Source: Eledone cirrhosa (taxonomy: Eukaryota). From it: a DNA stretch of 64,000 nt. Below, in pieces: positions 23,803 to 38,490 of this stretch. The position numbers were made by a program, and so were the translations under genes. The notes beneath the pieces are model-generated. The model had not been told where the DNA came from and made no database searches. It saw only the letters and a program-made list of their open reading frames with translations. The stretch spans positions 1,488,001 through 1,552,000 of the forward strand of contig OZ024755.1 of NCBI GenBank assembly GCA_964016885.1, read 5' to 3'. Each line of letters begins with the position of its first letter. The first letter of the stretch is position 1.

Positions 23803-24475
23803 CTGGAAAAGAACAAAAACAACAATAATGAGGTAAGACAATAACAAAAACTGTAAAAGAAAGAAACAATAATAAAAACTTGTGAAATGTTTATATTATG
23901 GGCAGCAAATATCTAGGATGATCAACAAGATCCCAGTGGGGTGGAGCTCATTAAATTGGACCAAGGAAACAATGTTTCCATTAGTCTTTCCATTGCTGAT
24001 ACTATCTACCAGTGGGAACTCCTGGCAGAAGAAGCAACGTGAAATAAAATGTCTTGCTCAAGGATACATTTCATTGCCTGGTCCGAGAATGAAACTCACA
24101 ACTTCAGAATTGTGAATCCAATTGTCTACACTGTAATATTGCTGGGGTTGGGGTGGTGGGGTGTACAATGACAGTTACAAAGCACTTGGTGGTGACACAG
24201 AGTAAATAAAGATAATTTAAATTATATCAATGATACAGTCTTGAGTTACAACTAACAGCAGTTTCATCTGTTGACTTTTCTTTTGATAGATGAAACTATG
24301 GTTAATCATAATCCAGAATTGTATCATAAACTTAGTAAATTATAAAGATAGTTTAAATTAACACAAATTTCCATGAACAATACATTGAAAGATGATAAAA
24401 TAAGCAGTTTTATATCCATGAATAAATAAAACCACATTACACTGTTTCAAATATTATATAAAATAGTAGACATAC

Positions 24476-24610
24476 CTTTTGAATAAGTTCAGATTTAAGT
24501 AATTTCAAATCTGAAATATTCTGTAATTGTCGTTTAGTACATTCACTTCGATCAGAGGACAAATCTTTCAATGTCTGTCGAATATTTTCCTCCTCAATTG
24601 AATAATGTTT
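24476..24610 (-). CDS. Bfr1/PPI-like protein exon
   Basis: tttatttgtag / gtatgt, 135 nt, phase 0-0. KHYSIEEENIRQTLKDLSSDRSECTKRQLQNISDLKLLKSELIQK. Confidence 0.88.
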
Positions 24611-25816
24611 CTACAAATAAATATAACATTAACCCCTATTTTAATATTTCTACAAATAAATATAATATACAGCATTATTAACCGCTATTTTAAACAACTA
24701 TAGCCATTAACCCTTTAGCAGTTACATTACTCTATATATATTATTGTATTTTTGTGGTAAAGGCTTTATCTTACATAATTATCTCACATAATATTGAATC
24801 TATGAGATTTTGATATTTATTTTGAGAACAATACCTTAACATCAGTATGAATGGCCGGTTACTTCCGTGAAGCCACCAAGCCAATGTTGGACTTACAATC
24901 ATAATGTCGTTGGTTCAATTCCTGGACAAGTTGCTGTGTTGTGTTCTTGAGCAAAACACTTTATCTCACATTGCTCCAGTATACTTAGTTGAAGGTGAGT
25001 ACCAACAGTAGCTGGCAAGTTAATCCTGTGGTAGACCGGCATCCTGTCCAGGGAGAGTTTTGTACTCTCAGTTGTTTCACACCAACGGGATTTTTTGGAT
25101 ATTACTTCTTCCATTTCCCCATGACCTTATAATTGGAAACTTCCAGTTCTAAATAAGGTACTACATCAATTCCAAGGCTAGAAACTGGCTTCTTCCAAGC
25201 TTTGATCTGAGGCTGGTTCTATCAAAAAGCAAACCACACATCCAAAAATCTAATGTTAACAAAAAAACTTCATCCATCTCACTAAGACCATCACTATAAC
25301 AGTTCAATATAATAATGTTGAATTGATAATTGATCAATTGTACTAGAATGATGTACTGTGTCTTGTAAAATAGGTTTGAGATGATTTGAACCTATCAAAC
25401 TTTAAGTAGGGATAAAACTGGAAGAAAAGGTTTTGGGAACACAATTCTTATGAAGATCAGCTACTGTTACCGACTCCTGTTCTAGATAAAGCTTACAACA
25501 GCTAATTCTTATAACAGTTTACATAATTCAAGAACACTAATTCTTAGATTACACTCGTTTAAAACCTGTTGCAGTTATTTCCCTTCTAAAGAATGAGTTG
25601 AAAATGGTTTCTATTACTGACATACATTGAACTGCTAAGATGCCAGATGTATTGTTAATGCTGACCCCAGCAGTTGATAGTACCCCCTTTCAGTCGAGGC
25701 GACTGGAGCAACATGAAATGAAGTGTTTTGCTCAAGAACACATTGTCTGCTCCAGGAATCAGACCCATGACAATACAATCATAAAGCCAACACTTATTAT
25801 TAGGTTGTATGCCTAC

Positions 25817-25853
<37 letters not shown>

Positions 25854-26078
25854 CCACACAACAGACTTCAAGTTTGCATCTACCAAATTCACCCACAGGA
25901 CCTTTGTCTATAGTAGAAAACACATGCCAAAGGTGCCAGACTGTGGGATCTAACCCCAAACTCTAACCTTACTAACAGTGGTTACCCCTGATTGAACCTA
26001 GGACTATCTATCTCTCTCTCACACACACACACCACCACCATCATCATCATATATAGTTTTATAAAATAAGATACTTAC

Positions 26079-26158
26079 AAGAAGTTTGCTTTTCTCCTTT
26101 ATTTGAGACAAATGATCATCTATAGATTTTCGATTTGGGGGACGAAGTTTCTTTATGT
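26079..26158 (-). CDS. Bfr1/PPI-like protein, most 5' confident exon (start codon lies upstream)
   Basis: taatatcag / gtaagt, 80 nt, phase 1-0. xIKKLRPPNRKSIDDHLSQIKEKSKLL. Confidence 0.82.
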
Positions 26159-26589
26159 CTGATATTAATTAAAACATTTTATGTAAAATAAATTAAAATA
26201 AAATATACACAGGTTTAATATATGAACAAGATATTTATGGCCGGGAAAGATTAATCTTTTTCTCTTTATTACTAAACTGAATAACAGCCAAACAACCCTG
26301 AATGTCAACAAATTCCTTCGCTAAATATAGAAAACACAAGACTTGTCTTCACCTTAAGAACCTCAATAGAATAAAATATGACATGAGTTGTCTTCCATTA
26401 CTTGATGAAAATATTTTGTTTGCTTTTTGGCTGCTGAAATAACATTTTTATCCACTAACTTATTAGGGTTTGAAACCTAACATGACAAAGGTTCTTACAT
26501 AAAATCATGATGAAAGGTTTTTAGATAAATATAAACAGTTTTTTATTGTAGAATCGTGTTTTGTTATAAAAAAGGGTTAAATGAAATGG

Positions 26590-26848
26590 TAATGAAGGTA
26601 ATTAAGAAAGCAGCATTAATTGATAGATCCTCCATTAATACTGAAGGTAATTAAGAAACCAGCATTAATTGATAAATTCTCCATTAATTTTGATGAAGTT
26701 AATTAAGAAAGCAACATTAATTGATAGATCATCCATTAACACTAATGAAGTTAATTAAGAAAGCAACATTAATTGATAGATCATCCATTAACACTAATGA
26801 AGGTAATTAAGAAAGCAACATTAATTGATAGATTCTCCATTAATTCTG
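26590..26848. repeat. About 51-bp minisatellite, 5 copies
   Basis: Unit taatgaaggtaattaagaaagcaacattaattgatagatcatccattaacac. Confidence 0.9.
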
Positions 26849-27317
26849 ATAACAAACATTCAGTTATTGAATCAATTGAATATTTTATTAATGTGTAAGT
26901 CAGTGAGTATTTCATAGACACGTGTACCAAGGTTAGATCTTTTCATCCTTCCAGGGTCGATAAAAGTACTAATCAAGTAAAGTAGTCGATGTTAATAATT
27001 TTCCGTTCCCCAACAAATTGTGAAACTATTAATTCAATAATTGAAGAAATTCACCAACCACAACAAAGATGAATTTCTTCAATGAAAATAACAGACTTGT
27101 TCTGTATTCTAAAGTCTGTCTCGACTCTGGATGCTCATCAGACCGGTGCTTATCCTGGTTTCCATGGCGTGAAATAAAGTGTTTTGTTCAAGAATACAAC
27201 AGAGAAAACAGTCCAGGAATGAAAGCCACAACATTATGATGGCCAAGTCCAACACACCACTAGGCCACACACCTGGTTGTATTACACTAATATTATTTTA
27301 AAAGAGGTCGATAGTAT

Positions 27318-27802
27318 AATAATAATAATAATGAAATTATTGTGTACAGTGCTCAGGTGCACTACAACTCGTCAAAGGTGTATGTATAGTACATAGAATA
27401 ATACACAAATGTCAGGGAAGTGAATAGTGTCATGGTATACATGTGTGTATGTGTATGGAGGGGGAACATTAGCTGTAGTGTTGGCGGATCTCGGGAAGCA
27501 TGGATGCCTTAAAGGATGCAGTGTCTCGACAGCTAACAACTAATGCAGGGAGTTTGTTCCATGCTTCAGCAACTCTGAGCGTGAAAAAATGTTTCCGAAA
27601 GTCATGGGAACTGTGCTGTTTTCTTACTTTGTGGGCATGTCCACGTGTGTTAGACACATGGAAATCAAAAAGGTACTCAGGGTTGTTGTTGGCAACATGG
27701 TTAACAATTTTGTGGGTGTTTACCAAGTCAGTTGCCAGGCGTCGGAGCTTCAATGTATCCATGCCCAGGGAAGCAAGGCGCTCAGAGTATGGTAGATGCC
27801 TG
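27318..27802 (-). mobile_element. 5'-truncated copy of the same CR1/L2 LINE family
   Basis: MDTLKLRRLATDLVNTHKIV...RKHFFTLRVAEAWNKLPA closely matches 6346-6639; same 3' UTR and tail. Confidence 0.93.
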
Positions 27803-28159
27803 ATATGCTTTGGTATATTCTTTCTTTTACTATTTTATTTATTTCTGTCATTAGACTGTGACCAGAGAGAGAGGTGGATCGCAATAAAGTAAGAAAGTAC
27901 ATGTCATAAGGTAAAGTAAGTACATGTCGTAAGGTAAAGTACATATATGTCATTAGGAAGAAGCAGTATTTACAATATCCATAGAAACTGTCATCACGTG
28001 ATGTATAAAAACATGACCTAATTTCATGAAACACGTTCCATGTGTTTTGATTGTGAATTGAAATAAAGCAATTAGAGTTATTTCCCTTCATTTATTTCCT
28101 ACGTTTTTCAGAGAGAGAGAGAGAAAGAGAGAGACAAACAGAAAATGAGAGAGAGAGAC

Positions 28160-28198
<39 letters not shown>

Positions 28199-29544
28199 AA
28201 GTGAGAGAGACTTAGTATAAGTATTCTACGTTTGACTACGCTTCGAGGTTTACGAAAGAGTTTAGTAAATAAAAAATAAAGGGCCCTTAGCTTCTGATGG
28301 GGCGTTGTTTTAAGACAAGGCGTGTCTTGGATATTTAAAACTTGGCGGATCTCATTCCTCTCCAGGTCGGAACATATCAGATTTCTTCCAGAGAAAGAAA
28401 GAGAGGGAAAAGAACCAAACCCAATACTTGACTGGTACTGTATTTATATCGACCTCAAAAAGATGACAGGCTAAGTTTAGCGAAGTTTACACTCTGCAGT
28501 GTGAGCCGGGGGAAATATGATGAAACCATTAAACCGACGCCATAACAAATGATTGGACCAATTCGTCCATTTGAATAGATTAAAAGACAATATAAACCAT
28601 TGAAAATGGGTTGTTGTTTTTTTGTTACTGGGGTCTCATAAGAGGGAAAATATTAAGTGTTATTTGGAAGGGTCAAAATGGAAGGGGTTTTCTTTTTTAA
28701 AACAAATGGAAGTCATTTCATAGTCGGGAAATGAAAATTTCATAAATAATATTTTAGATCATTTTCATACAAATAATTAGTTTTTGTTGGGACAAATTAG
28801 TTGAGGAACCTGTGGCCTGTGAATCTATTCTAATCCTAGTGTTTTGTCAATCAACTGAAGGTGCACAAATTAGTAGTTAGGGTGTTGGGCTTATTATGAT
28901 CATGAGGTTGTGGTTTTAATTCCCATACCAGGCAGGTGTTATGTCTTTAAGACACTTCATTTCATGTTGCTCCAGCTCAGCTGAAATAAATTAGTACCAG
29001 CAGTAGCACAGGGAGGGAGAGTTAACTGTGAAGGACTAGTGTCCTGTCCTGGGTGGAAGTTTTGAACTTTCCATCATTTAACACTAATAAAACCAGAAGC
29101 ACCGGCCCAATACTCCTCTCAGCTTCAGACAGACTTTAAACTCGCTAATAAGCATATGTTGACAGGGAAACATGCTAAGAAATTAGTGTTGAGCAACTTC
29201 TGTTTGTGTTAGTTGCTTAGTAATTGTTACCAAGCAACAATTATTCTAAATATTATTCTATCTAGGAAGAGGTTTTCTTTTGAATTCAATCAATAAATAT
29301 TATCTGTTATAATGGAAGTAATCTGTATTGATTCTCTTAATTAAACAGAAAGCCACATATTTACATGGAAAGAGAGATGTTATGATATCTAAAAGCTCCA
29401 TAATAGTATTAGTACTTTAAGTGAAATGATGTGATTTCAACCAAGAAGTACAATAAGTCATGGACTTGCTACACATGAAGGGTTAACCCTTTAACTCTCC
29501 ACATGAAATATGTGCACTTATATTGAGTGATAAAGGAGAAAAAC

Positions 29545-31005
29545 ATGAAGATATAACAGCATCTACCATGAAGATATAACAGCAGCATCTACCGTGAAGA
29601 TATAACAAGTAGTATCTACCATGAAGATATAACAACAGTGTCTACCATGAAGATATAACAACAGTGTCTACCATGAAGATATAACAGTATCTACCGTGAA
29701 GATATAACAGTATCTACCATGAAGATATAACAGTATCTACCGTGAAGATATAACAGTATCTACCATGAAGATATAACAGTATCTACCGTGAAGATATAAC
29801 AGTATCTACCGTGAAGATATAACAGTATCTACCGTGAAGATATAACAGTATCTACCGTGAAGATATAACAGTATCTACCGTGAAGATATAACAGTATCTA
29901 CCATGAAGATATAACAGTATCTACCGTGAAGATATAACAGTATCTACCATGAAGATATAACAACAGCATCTACCATGAAGATATAACAACATCTACCATG
30001 AAGATATAACAGCATCTACCATGAAGATATAACAACAGTATCTACCATGAAGATATAACAACAGTATCTACCGTGAAGATATAACAGTATCTACCATGAA
30101 GATATAACAACAGCATCTACCATGAAGATATAACAACATCTACCATGAAGATATAACAGCATCTACCATGAAGATATAACAACAGTATCTACCATGAAGA
30201 TATAACAACAGTATCTACCGTGAAGATATAACAGTATCTACCATGAAGATATAACAGTATCTACCATGAAGATATAACAGTATCTACCATGAAGATATAA
30301 CAGTATCTACCATGAAGATATAACAGTATCTACCATGAAGATATAACAGTATCTACCGTGAAGATATAACAGTATCTACCGTGAAGATATAACAGTATCT
30401 ACCATGAAGATATAACAGCATCTACCATGAAGATATAAGAACAAGTAGTATCTACTGTGAAGATATAACAGTATCTACCATGAAGATATAACAACAAGTA
30501 GTATCTACCATGAAGATATAACAACAGTGTCTACCATGAAGATATAACAACAGTATCTACCATGAAGATATAACAACAGTATCTACCATGAAGGTATAAC
30601 AGTATCTACCATGAAGATATAACAACAGTGTCTACCATGAAGATATAACAACAGTATCTACCATGAAGGTATAACAGTATCTACCATGAAGGTATAACAG
30701 TATCTACCATGAAGGTATAACAGTATCTACCATGAAGGTATAACAGTATCTACCATGAAGATATAACAAGTAGTATCTACCGTGAAGATATAACAACAAG
30801 TAGTATCTACCGTGAAGATATAACAACAAGTAGTATCTACCATGAAGATATAACAACAGTATCTACCATGAAGATATAACAACAGTGTCTACCATGAAGA
30901 TATAACAAGTAGTATCTACCGTGAAGATATAACAGTATCTACCATGAAGATATAACAACAGTATCTACTATGAAGATATAACAAGTAGTATCTACCGTGA
31001 AGATA
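29545..31005. repeat. 23-bp minisatellite (with 26/29-bp variants), about 60 copies
   Basis: Unit c(a/g)tgaag(a/g)tataac[aac]agtatctac. Confidence 0.97.
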
Positions 31006-31118
31006 TTTATAGTTTAATACAATTTGGAATATTCTCTGATATTGAGCCAGTGAACTTTTACATTGCAATCTGCCATCTTCACAGAAATCTGTGCCAAATT
31101 CCTCCAAAGCAATTCTAT
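30996..31118 (-). CDS. Candidate exon, phase-compatible with the Bfr1-like gene or part of a separate small gene
   Basis: Acceptor ttttgttttgttaaacgtttgtag. Open phase 1-1 frame DRIALEEFGTDFCEDGRLQCKSSLAQYQRIFQIVLNYKYLH. The donor (gtagat) is weak and lies in the first minisatellite unit. Confidence 0.35.
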
Positions 31119-32033
31119 CTACAAACGTTTAACAAAACAAAAAATATAAATCAACTTAGTTATATTTCTTCAATTGATAGAAGAGAAATATTTGTGTACA
31201 TGTCACTGGTTACTCACACCTGTTAATGTCACTCTTACCGGTTGATGTCATTGTCACTCACTAAGTAGAAATACTTGGCTCCAATAAATTTGTGAACTAT
31301 ACTAGGGCAGATTCTTCCTCTCTCAATATCTCTTTCTCAGTTCCATTCTCTCACTTTCTCTATTTCTCTGGCAGAAATCTGCTGTACTCAGGCCCGGAGA
31401 AGAGATGGGCTCTGCCAAGCTTAAAATGTCCAAGAAACGCTGTATGTCACTATGGTGTGTCTACAACTCCATCGGGAGTTACGGGACCAAGAAGAAGCTA
31501 CATGGATGGTTGTATGGTTAAGTAAGATGATGGCTTTGTAAACCATGTGATTCAGGGCTGTTCCATTGTGTAGTACCATGGGCAGGCGTTTGCTCTATAA
31601 CCTTAGGATGACCCAAACTCTTGGGAGTGAATTTGGTAGACAGAAATTGCAAGGAAGCCTGTCATGTGTGTGTGTGCGTGCGCGCGCGCGTGTGCATGCA
31701 TGAATGAATGCATATGTCAGTTTACCACACGTCTCTTCATAGCATCTATGTTCAAATCAAGCTGTGAGATTTATCTATTTATGTTCTGCAGTGCTTCAAT
31801 AAAGTATATACCATTCTTGGAACAATAAAATATGGGTTGACCCCAAGAAAGGCACCCGGCCCACCATTGAAAAACTGCCTCAAAAATCCGAAACCATTAT
31901 TATCATCGTTATATAAAATACCAGTTAAATAGAGGGAAAAGTCGATACTATCGACTTTTTCCAATACCCAAAATTGCTGGCTTTGTGCCAAAAGTAAGAA
32001 CAATTGTTATATACAGGGTGTATCACAAATAAT

Positions 32034-32111
<78 letters not shown>

Positions 32112-32112
<1 letters not shown>

Positions 32113-32285
32113 AAATTGATGGAAGTAACGGAGTAGGTAGACCCAGACAAACCTGGGACGATATGATAAAGTCCGACCTAGCACACTTGCACCTCTCTAA
32201 GACAATGTCACTGGATTGAGATGTTTGGCGCCACGCAGTATTACAGAAGACCCGCCTTCCCTACATGCTAAGTGAACTTACAGTC
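32112..32285 (+). mobile_element. RTE LINE 3' fragment
   Basis: KIDGSNGVGRPRQTWDDMIKSDL...SLD*DVWRHAV is an RTE C-terminal motif. Confidence 0.75.
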
Positions 32286-32377
32286 AGTGGGCTCCTCCAA
32301 ACCAAACATACACCCCAACCCACTACCCCACTCTATCCTCCCACCAACACCAACACCACCCTTTCTCTATAAAGTTA

Positions 32378-32669
32378 TGTTGGTACCACAACATCCAGTC
32401 CAAACTAATGAGGTTGTGTAGATATCACGACAAAAACACAGTCCACGCTGTAATGTGGCCGTGTAGGTGTCACGGTAAAAAGTTCCCAGTCCACACTGTA
32501 AATGTGGTTGGTGCTAGGAAGGGCATCCAGCCGTAGAAAACCTGCCAGATAGTCCTATTTGAGCAAGACACGGTCACCCGACCAATCTTGTCTCAAGTAG
32601 GACAACTCCCGTCTAACCCATGCTAGCGTGGAAGATAGACGTTAAACGATGATGATGATGATGATGATG
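32378..32669 (+). mobile_element. SINE family C (RTE-type tail)
   Basis: ggttggtgctaggaagggcatccagccgtagaaaacctgcc...aacccatgctagcgtggaagatagacgttaaacgatgatgatg. Related copies near 45990-46340, 47730-48110 and 58835-59110. Confidence 0.8.
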
Positions 32670-33115
32670 CACCCAAACAGGTGAGATACAATTAATGTTT
32701 AGTTAGAATATCCGTTAACCAAGGTGGGTCGTGATTGGGAGGAAGAAGATTTCTAGAGGGTCAAAGTATACTTTCATACCACCACCCACAAATGTAAACA
32801 CACCTCCTCCCTCGATATAATCGACCTTTTCACATGAAGCCACGGAGAGATCAGACAATAGCAACTTGATAACACACACACACACACACACACTATATAT
32901 ATATATACATATATATTATATATATATATATATATATACATAATTATATATATGTACATACATACGCATATGTGTGTGTGTATGTGTGAAAAATACTTTA
33001 AAAGGCGTTGATGTTCCTAATCTTATCGTTATACATACATGTGTATTTACAGTTCATACAAAGTAAATTATATTTTTATGAGGGAGAGAGAGAGTGCGTG
33101 TGAGGGCGAGAGAGA

Positions 33116-33169
<54 letters not shown>

Positions 33170-33536
33170 CGATGAGAGAGATTTAGTCTGATATTAGAAA
33201 AGTAAAGTAAAGTGACCAGATGAGTGAAGTGACAGTTTATCTGTGAAACTCCAGTGACTTATGGCTTGCGACTTCCCTAGGAAGACTTGTACAATTTAAA
33301 CAAGTGTCCAGTATGTCCCACGAATCACCCCACACATCCGTGATACCATACATACCCTCCATCCCACCGTAGGGTAGACACGGCTCTTCAGTTGAGTCAA
33401 CAACCTTTCTAGTGTTGGTGCCACCAAAAATGCACCCAGTGCACCCTGTAAGGTGGCAATATGAAGGGCATCCTGCAGTAGAACCCATGCCAAGAAAAAA
33501 AAAAGGAACGAGAGGACTCTTTAGACATGACAACCT

Positions 33537-33844
33537 CCCCTTGTGGTAGTACCACGATAGAATATACCCCCTTGTGCTGGTACCACGATAAAATATACCC
33601 CCTTGTGGTAGTACCACGATAAAATATACCCCCTTGTGGTAGTACCACAATAGAATATACCCCCTTGTGGTAGTACCACAATAGAATATACCCCCTTGTG
33701 GTAGTACCACAATAGAATATACCCCCTTGTGGTAGTACCACAATAGAATATACCCCCTTGTGGTAGTACCACGATAGAATATACCCCCTTGTGGTAGTAC
33801 CACGATAGAATATACCCCCTTGTGGTAGTACCACGATAAAATAC
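33537..33844. repeat. 31-bp minisatellite x10 with internal palindrome
   Basis: Unit ttgtggtagtaccac(a/g)atagaatataccccc; no spacers. Confidence 0.97.
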
Positions 33845-34406
33845 TCTCGGTAAAGCACGAGTGTGTGCAAGATACAAAAGTCACGCACCACTCTTCATTT
33901 TACTTGCAAAAATAACTATTGTGACAATTTTACTGGTGCGCTACTTTTCCCTTGTGTGTATATATATATATATATAATGAAAATATAGAAATTAATGTGA
34001 GCAAGAAGCCAACAGTATTTCATAATATATAAGTGACTATAACGTCAAAATGGAAAATAATTAACGTAAGATATGGAAAAATAATTCAAACTCAATTAAA
34101 AAAAATCAAGACAGATTTTATCCACAGATTTTGTGAAATCCAGGGAAAAAACCAATAGAGTCTTAACTCAGAATAAAATAAAGTTTAAATACTCATCCTT
34201 CAATTGGGAAAAACTACAAATGCTCTATAGTTTTAAAAAGACTATTTCACGAAACTTTTCAGTGGGATTAGTCACGGTTGGAACCGTTCCTCAGTAGAGC
34301 TCAACACGATAACCATAAGACCCACTGCCAAAATATGCCAAAAAGGGAATTTAAAAGCAGGCTAGTTCACTTCGTGCGGCATTTTGAAAATAAACACACA
34401 TGGAGA

Positions 34407-35358
<952 letters not shown>

Positions 35359-36292
35359 ACTAACCAACACGATCTTAAGACCATGCAGGTTAAAGGAAGA
35401 AGAAAAAAACATGCTTAAAGCAAACATGGCAATCCTTATTTTGAAATTCACAGACAACCTCTGAATGAAAATATTTTATTATCATAATCGTAATGTATTC
35501 TCTAGAAAATAGATATTATTCAGTTATACGGAAACTAAGTCAAATAAATGTATTTATTAATAATGGTTTGTACTTTAGACACAATGCCAGCAATTTAGGG
35601 GAGGGGGAAGTCAATTAAATCGATCCAGTGTATTACTGGTACTTTATTTTATCGAGAGATATTTTCGAATGTGTAGATGCCATTTATGTCAATAAATTTT
35701 TAATTGTTTATGTTTGTTATTTTTTACTCACGGAAATAACCGGATGTTGTTTGATTATAAAACCTAATAATTGTTTCTACTTTTGGCACAAGGCCATCAA
35801 TTACCCAGTACATTACTGGTACTTTATTTTATCGACCCCGTAAGGATGAAAGGCAAAGTTAACCTCGGCCCTAATAATGAATTAGAATCAATAACATGTT
35901 TTATAATGAAAGGAGTTTTGCAGTGGTACTATTTCAAATTACTATTATTATTGCTTAAATAGAAAACCATTATTATTCTTGTTGTTATTCTGAGTTCAAA
36001 TCCCACCGAGGTTAGCTTTGTCCTTCATCCTTATAGGATCAATAAAATAAAGTACCAGTAATGCACTGGAGTCAATTTAATCGACCCCCCACCCCACCCC
36101 CAAAAATTGTTGGCATTGTGTCTAAATCAGAACCGATTCTCATAAAGTACCAGTAATACACTGGGGATATTTGCTGGCCTTGTGCCAAAAAGAAGAAACA
36201 ATTATTATTTTAAAAGTAACTTTTACAACGAGCTATCAAACATGACAAATACTATCTACAATTCTGATATCGAATATCAATATGTAACTTAC

Positions 36293-36419
36293 CGTTTATA
36301 AAAGTATATGTTGTAAACGGGTCTATAAACATTTTGTTGGAAAGAAAATTACAGCAATATCTGTGTTGATAAATATTACCAAATCTACTTCTATTGTATA
36401 TCTTCCAATGAAGGACAGT
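36293..36419 (-). CDS. Candidate exon, phase-compatible with 31118-30996
   Basis: atttgctatttcag / gtaagt, 127 nt. The only open frame is TVLHWKIYNRSRFGNIYQHRYCCNFLSNKMFIDPFTTYTFIN, ending in phase 1. Confidence 0.4.
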
Positions 36420-37075
36420 CTGAAATAGCAAATCTATCTTCTATTCTTCTTCACAGTAAACTAAAGAGACTAACCATCGCTGTATCTCTCCCTAAACTTG
36501 ACAGTGTGTGGTTGATTGTCAGTGAAACAACGATTTATATGAGAAGCAAATGTTGGCTGGGTTTTTATTTTTGAATGAATGGAGTGAGAGGAGGTGGGCG
36601 AGTGTTTAGAGGATATTGTAGCATTAGTCATTTAGTAGTCATAGTAGGAGATGGTGAGGGTGGGGTGGGAGGGGAGGGAGGAGAGAAGATAGAGAGATGG
36701 GTTGGAGGTAGATGGAGAGAGGGAGGGGGGAACATATTTACGGGCGGAGAGAGGCAGAGAAATAGAGACGGAGGGGAAAAAAACAGAAGCAGGGACGAAG
36801 AGAGGCAAATAGATAGAGGGAGGGTGAAACAGACATATTGATGGGGAGGAGAAGTAACCTCCTAGTGACTCAGTGTTATGTCGTCTGCTTGTTAGAAACT
36901 GTATTCCTTACAAAGTCGTTAAGTGAACCATCATGGTTCGCCACATTACATACTATGTAAATATTACATCAATTATGACAGATAATAAAGACTAATTTAT
37001 CTCATTTACTGCTGGTAATATAGAGAAGATATTAGACCAATGTTGGGTTTTATTGTGAAAATAAACAAAACATTA

Positions 37076-37813
37076 ACAGAAACACATATACACACACAGA
37101 AACTCATATATACACACACAGAAACTCATATATACACACACAGAAACTCATATATACACACACAGAAACTCATATATACACACATAAACACATATATACA
37201 CACACAGAAACTCATATATACACACACAGAAACTCATATATACACACAGAAACTCATATATACACACAGAAACACATATACACACAAACAGAAACTCATA
37301 TATACACACATAATCACACATATACACACAGAAACACATATACACACAAACAGAAACTCATATATACACACAGAATCACATATATACACACACAGAAACT
37401 CATATATACACACACAGAAATTCATATACACACACAGAAACACATATACACACACAGAATCACATATATACACACACAGAAACTCATATATACACACACA
37501 GAAACTCATATACACACAAACAGAATCACATATATACACACACAGAAACTCATATATATACACACAGAAACACATATACACACAAACAGAATCACATATA
37601 TATACACACAGAAACTCATATATACACACACAGAAAGTCATATATATACACACACAGAAACTCATATATATACACACACAGAAACTCATATATACACACA
37701 CACAGAAACTCATATATACACACACAGAAACTCATATATACACACACAGAAACTCATATATACACACACAGAAACTCATATATACACACACAGAAACTCA
37801 TATATACACACAC
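37076..37813. repeat. 20-26-bp microsatellite-derived minisatellite
   Basis: Unit cagaaactcatatatacacaca with length variants; explains ORF 37040-37837. Confidence 0.95.
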
Positions 37814-38229
37814 AAGCGGAAACACAAGAAGCGGTAAAAATGATTTTGTTTAAAATGAAATTTAACCTTTTGTATGCGTCATGTTATTTCGAGTTAGTCC
37901 TAATTAAATAAACCTATCACCAAAAAATGTTCCAGCTGTGACGTCTCGTCTTTTGTTTATATATTATATTAATAATTGGTCGATTAACCACATTAGAGGG
38001 TCCCTGGTTCATTTCTCATTCTAGCTGCTATAACAGCCAATCTTCCTCAAATTACACCCACTCTACTTTGTGTTGACAACTCACCCCTATGCAGGTTTAG
38101 CTGGCCTCCTCCAAGATATCTCGTTGGAGGTGTCTTGGATGATTTAATGATAGGGATCCCAGTCCTATCATAAGACCACTCTACTATAGGGAGGGGGGGG
38201 GGGCACATATTTGATAGTGTAATCCAAGA

Positions 38230-38490
38230 TATGTCATCAGGCTGGTGCTTATCCCGGTTTCGGTGGTGTTAAGCAACTGAGAGTACAAGGTTCCCCCTGG
38301 ACAGGACACCAGTCCATCGCAGGGTTAAACCTCCAGCTATTGCTAGTACACTTAGCTGAGTATACTGGAGCAACGTGAAATGGAGTGTTTTGCTCAAGAA
38401 CAGAACACACAACTCAGCTCAGGAATAAAACACACGACATTATGATATAGTAAGTCCAACACCCTTACCACTAGGCTACACACCTCCACA
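38230..38490 (-). mobile_element. SINE family B, near full-length
   Basis: Reverse complement starts gtggaggtgtgtagcctagtggtaagggtgttggac (tRNA-like) and ends gataagcaccagcctgatga. Confidence 0.85.

Noticed and set aside
33537-33844. CRISPR-like array (31-bp palindromic repeats)
   Set aside because: Units are head-to-tail with no unique spacers, no cas genes are present, the context is eukaryotic, and the unit appears SINE-derived.
37040-37837. 265-aa His/Thr-rich ORF
   Set aside because: Translation of a CA/TA-derived minisatellite.
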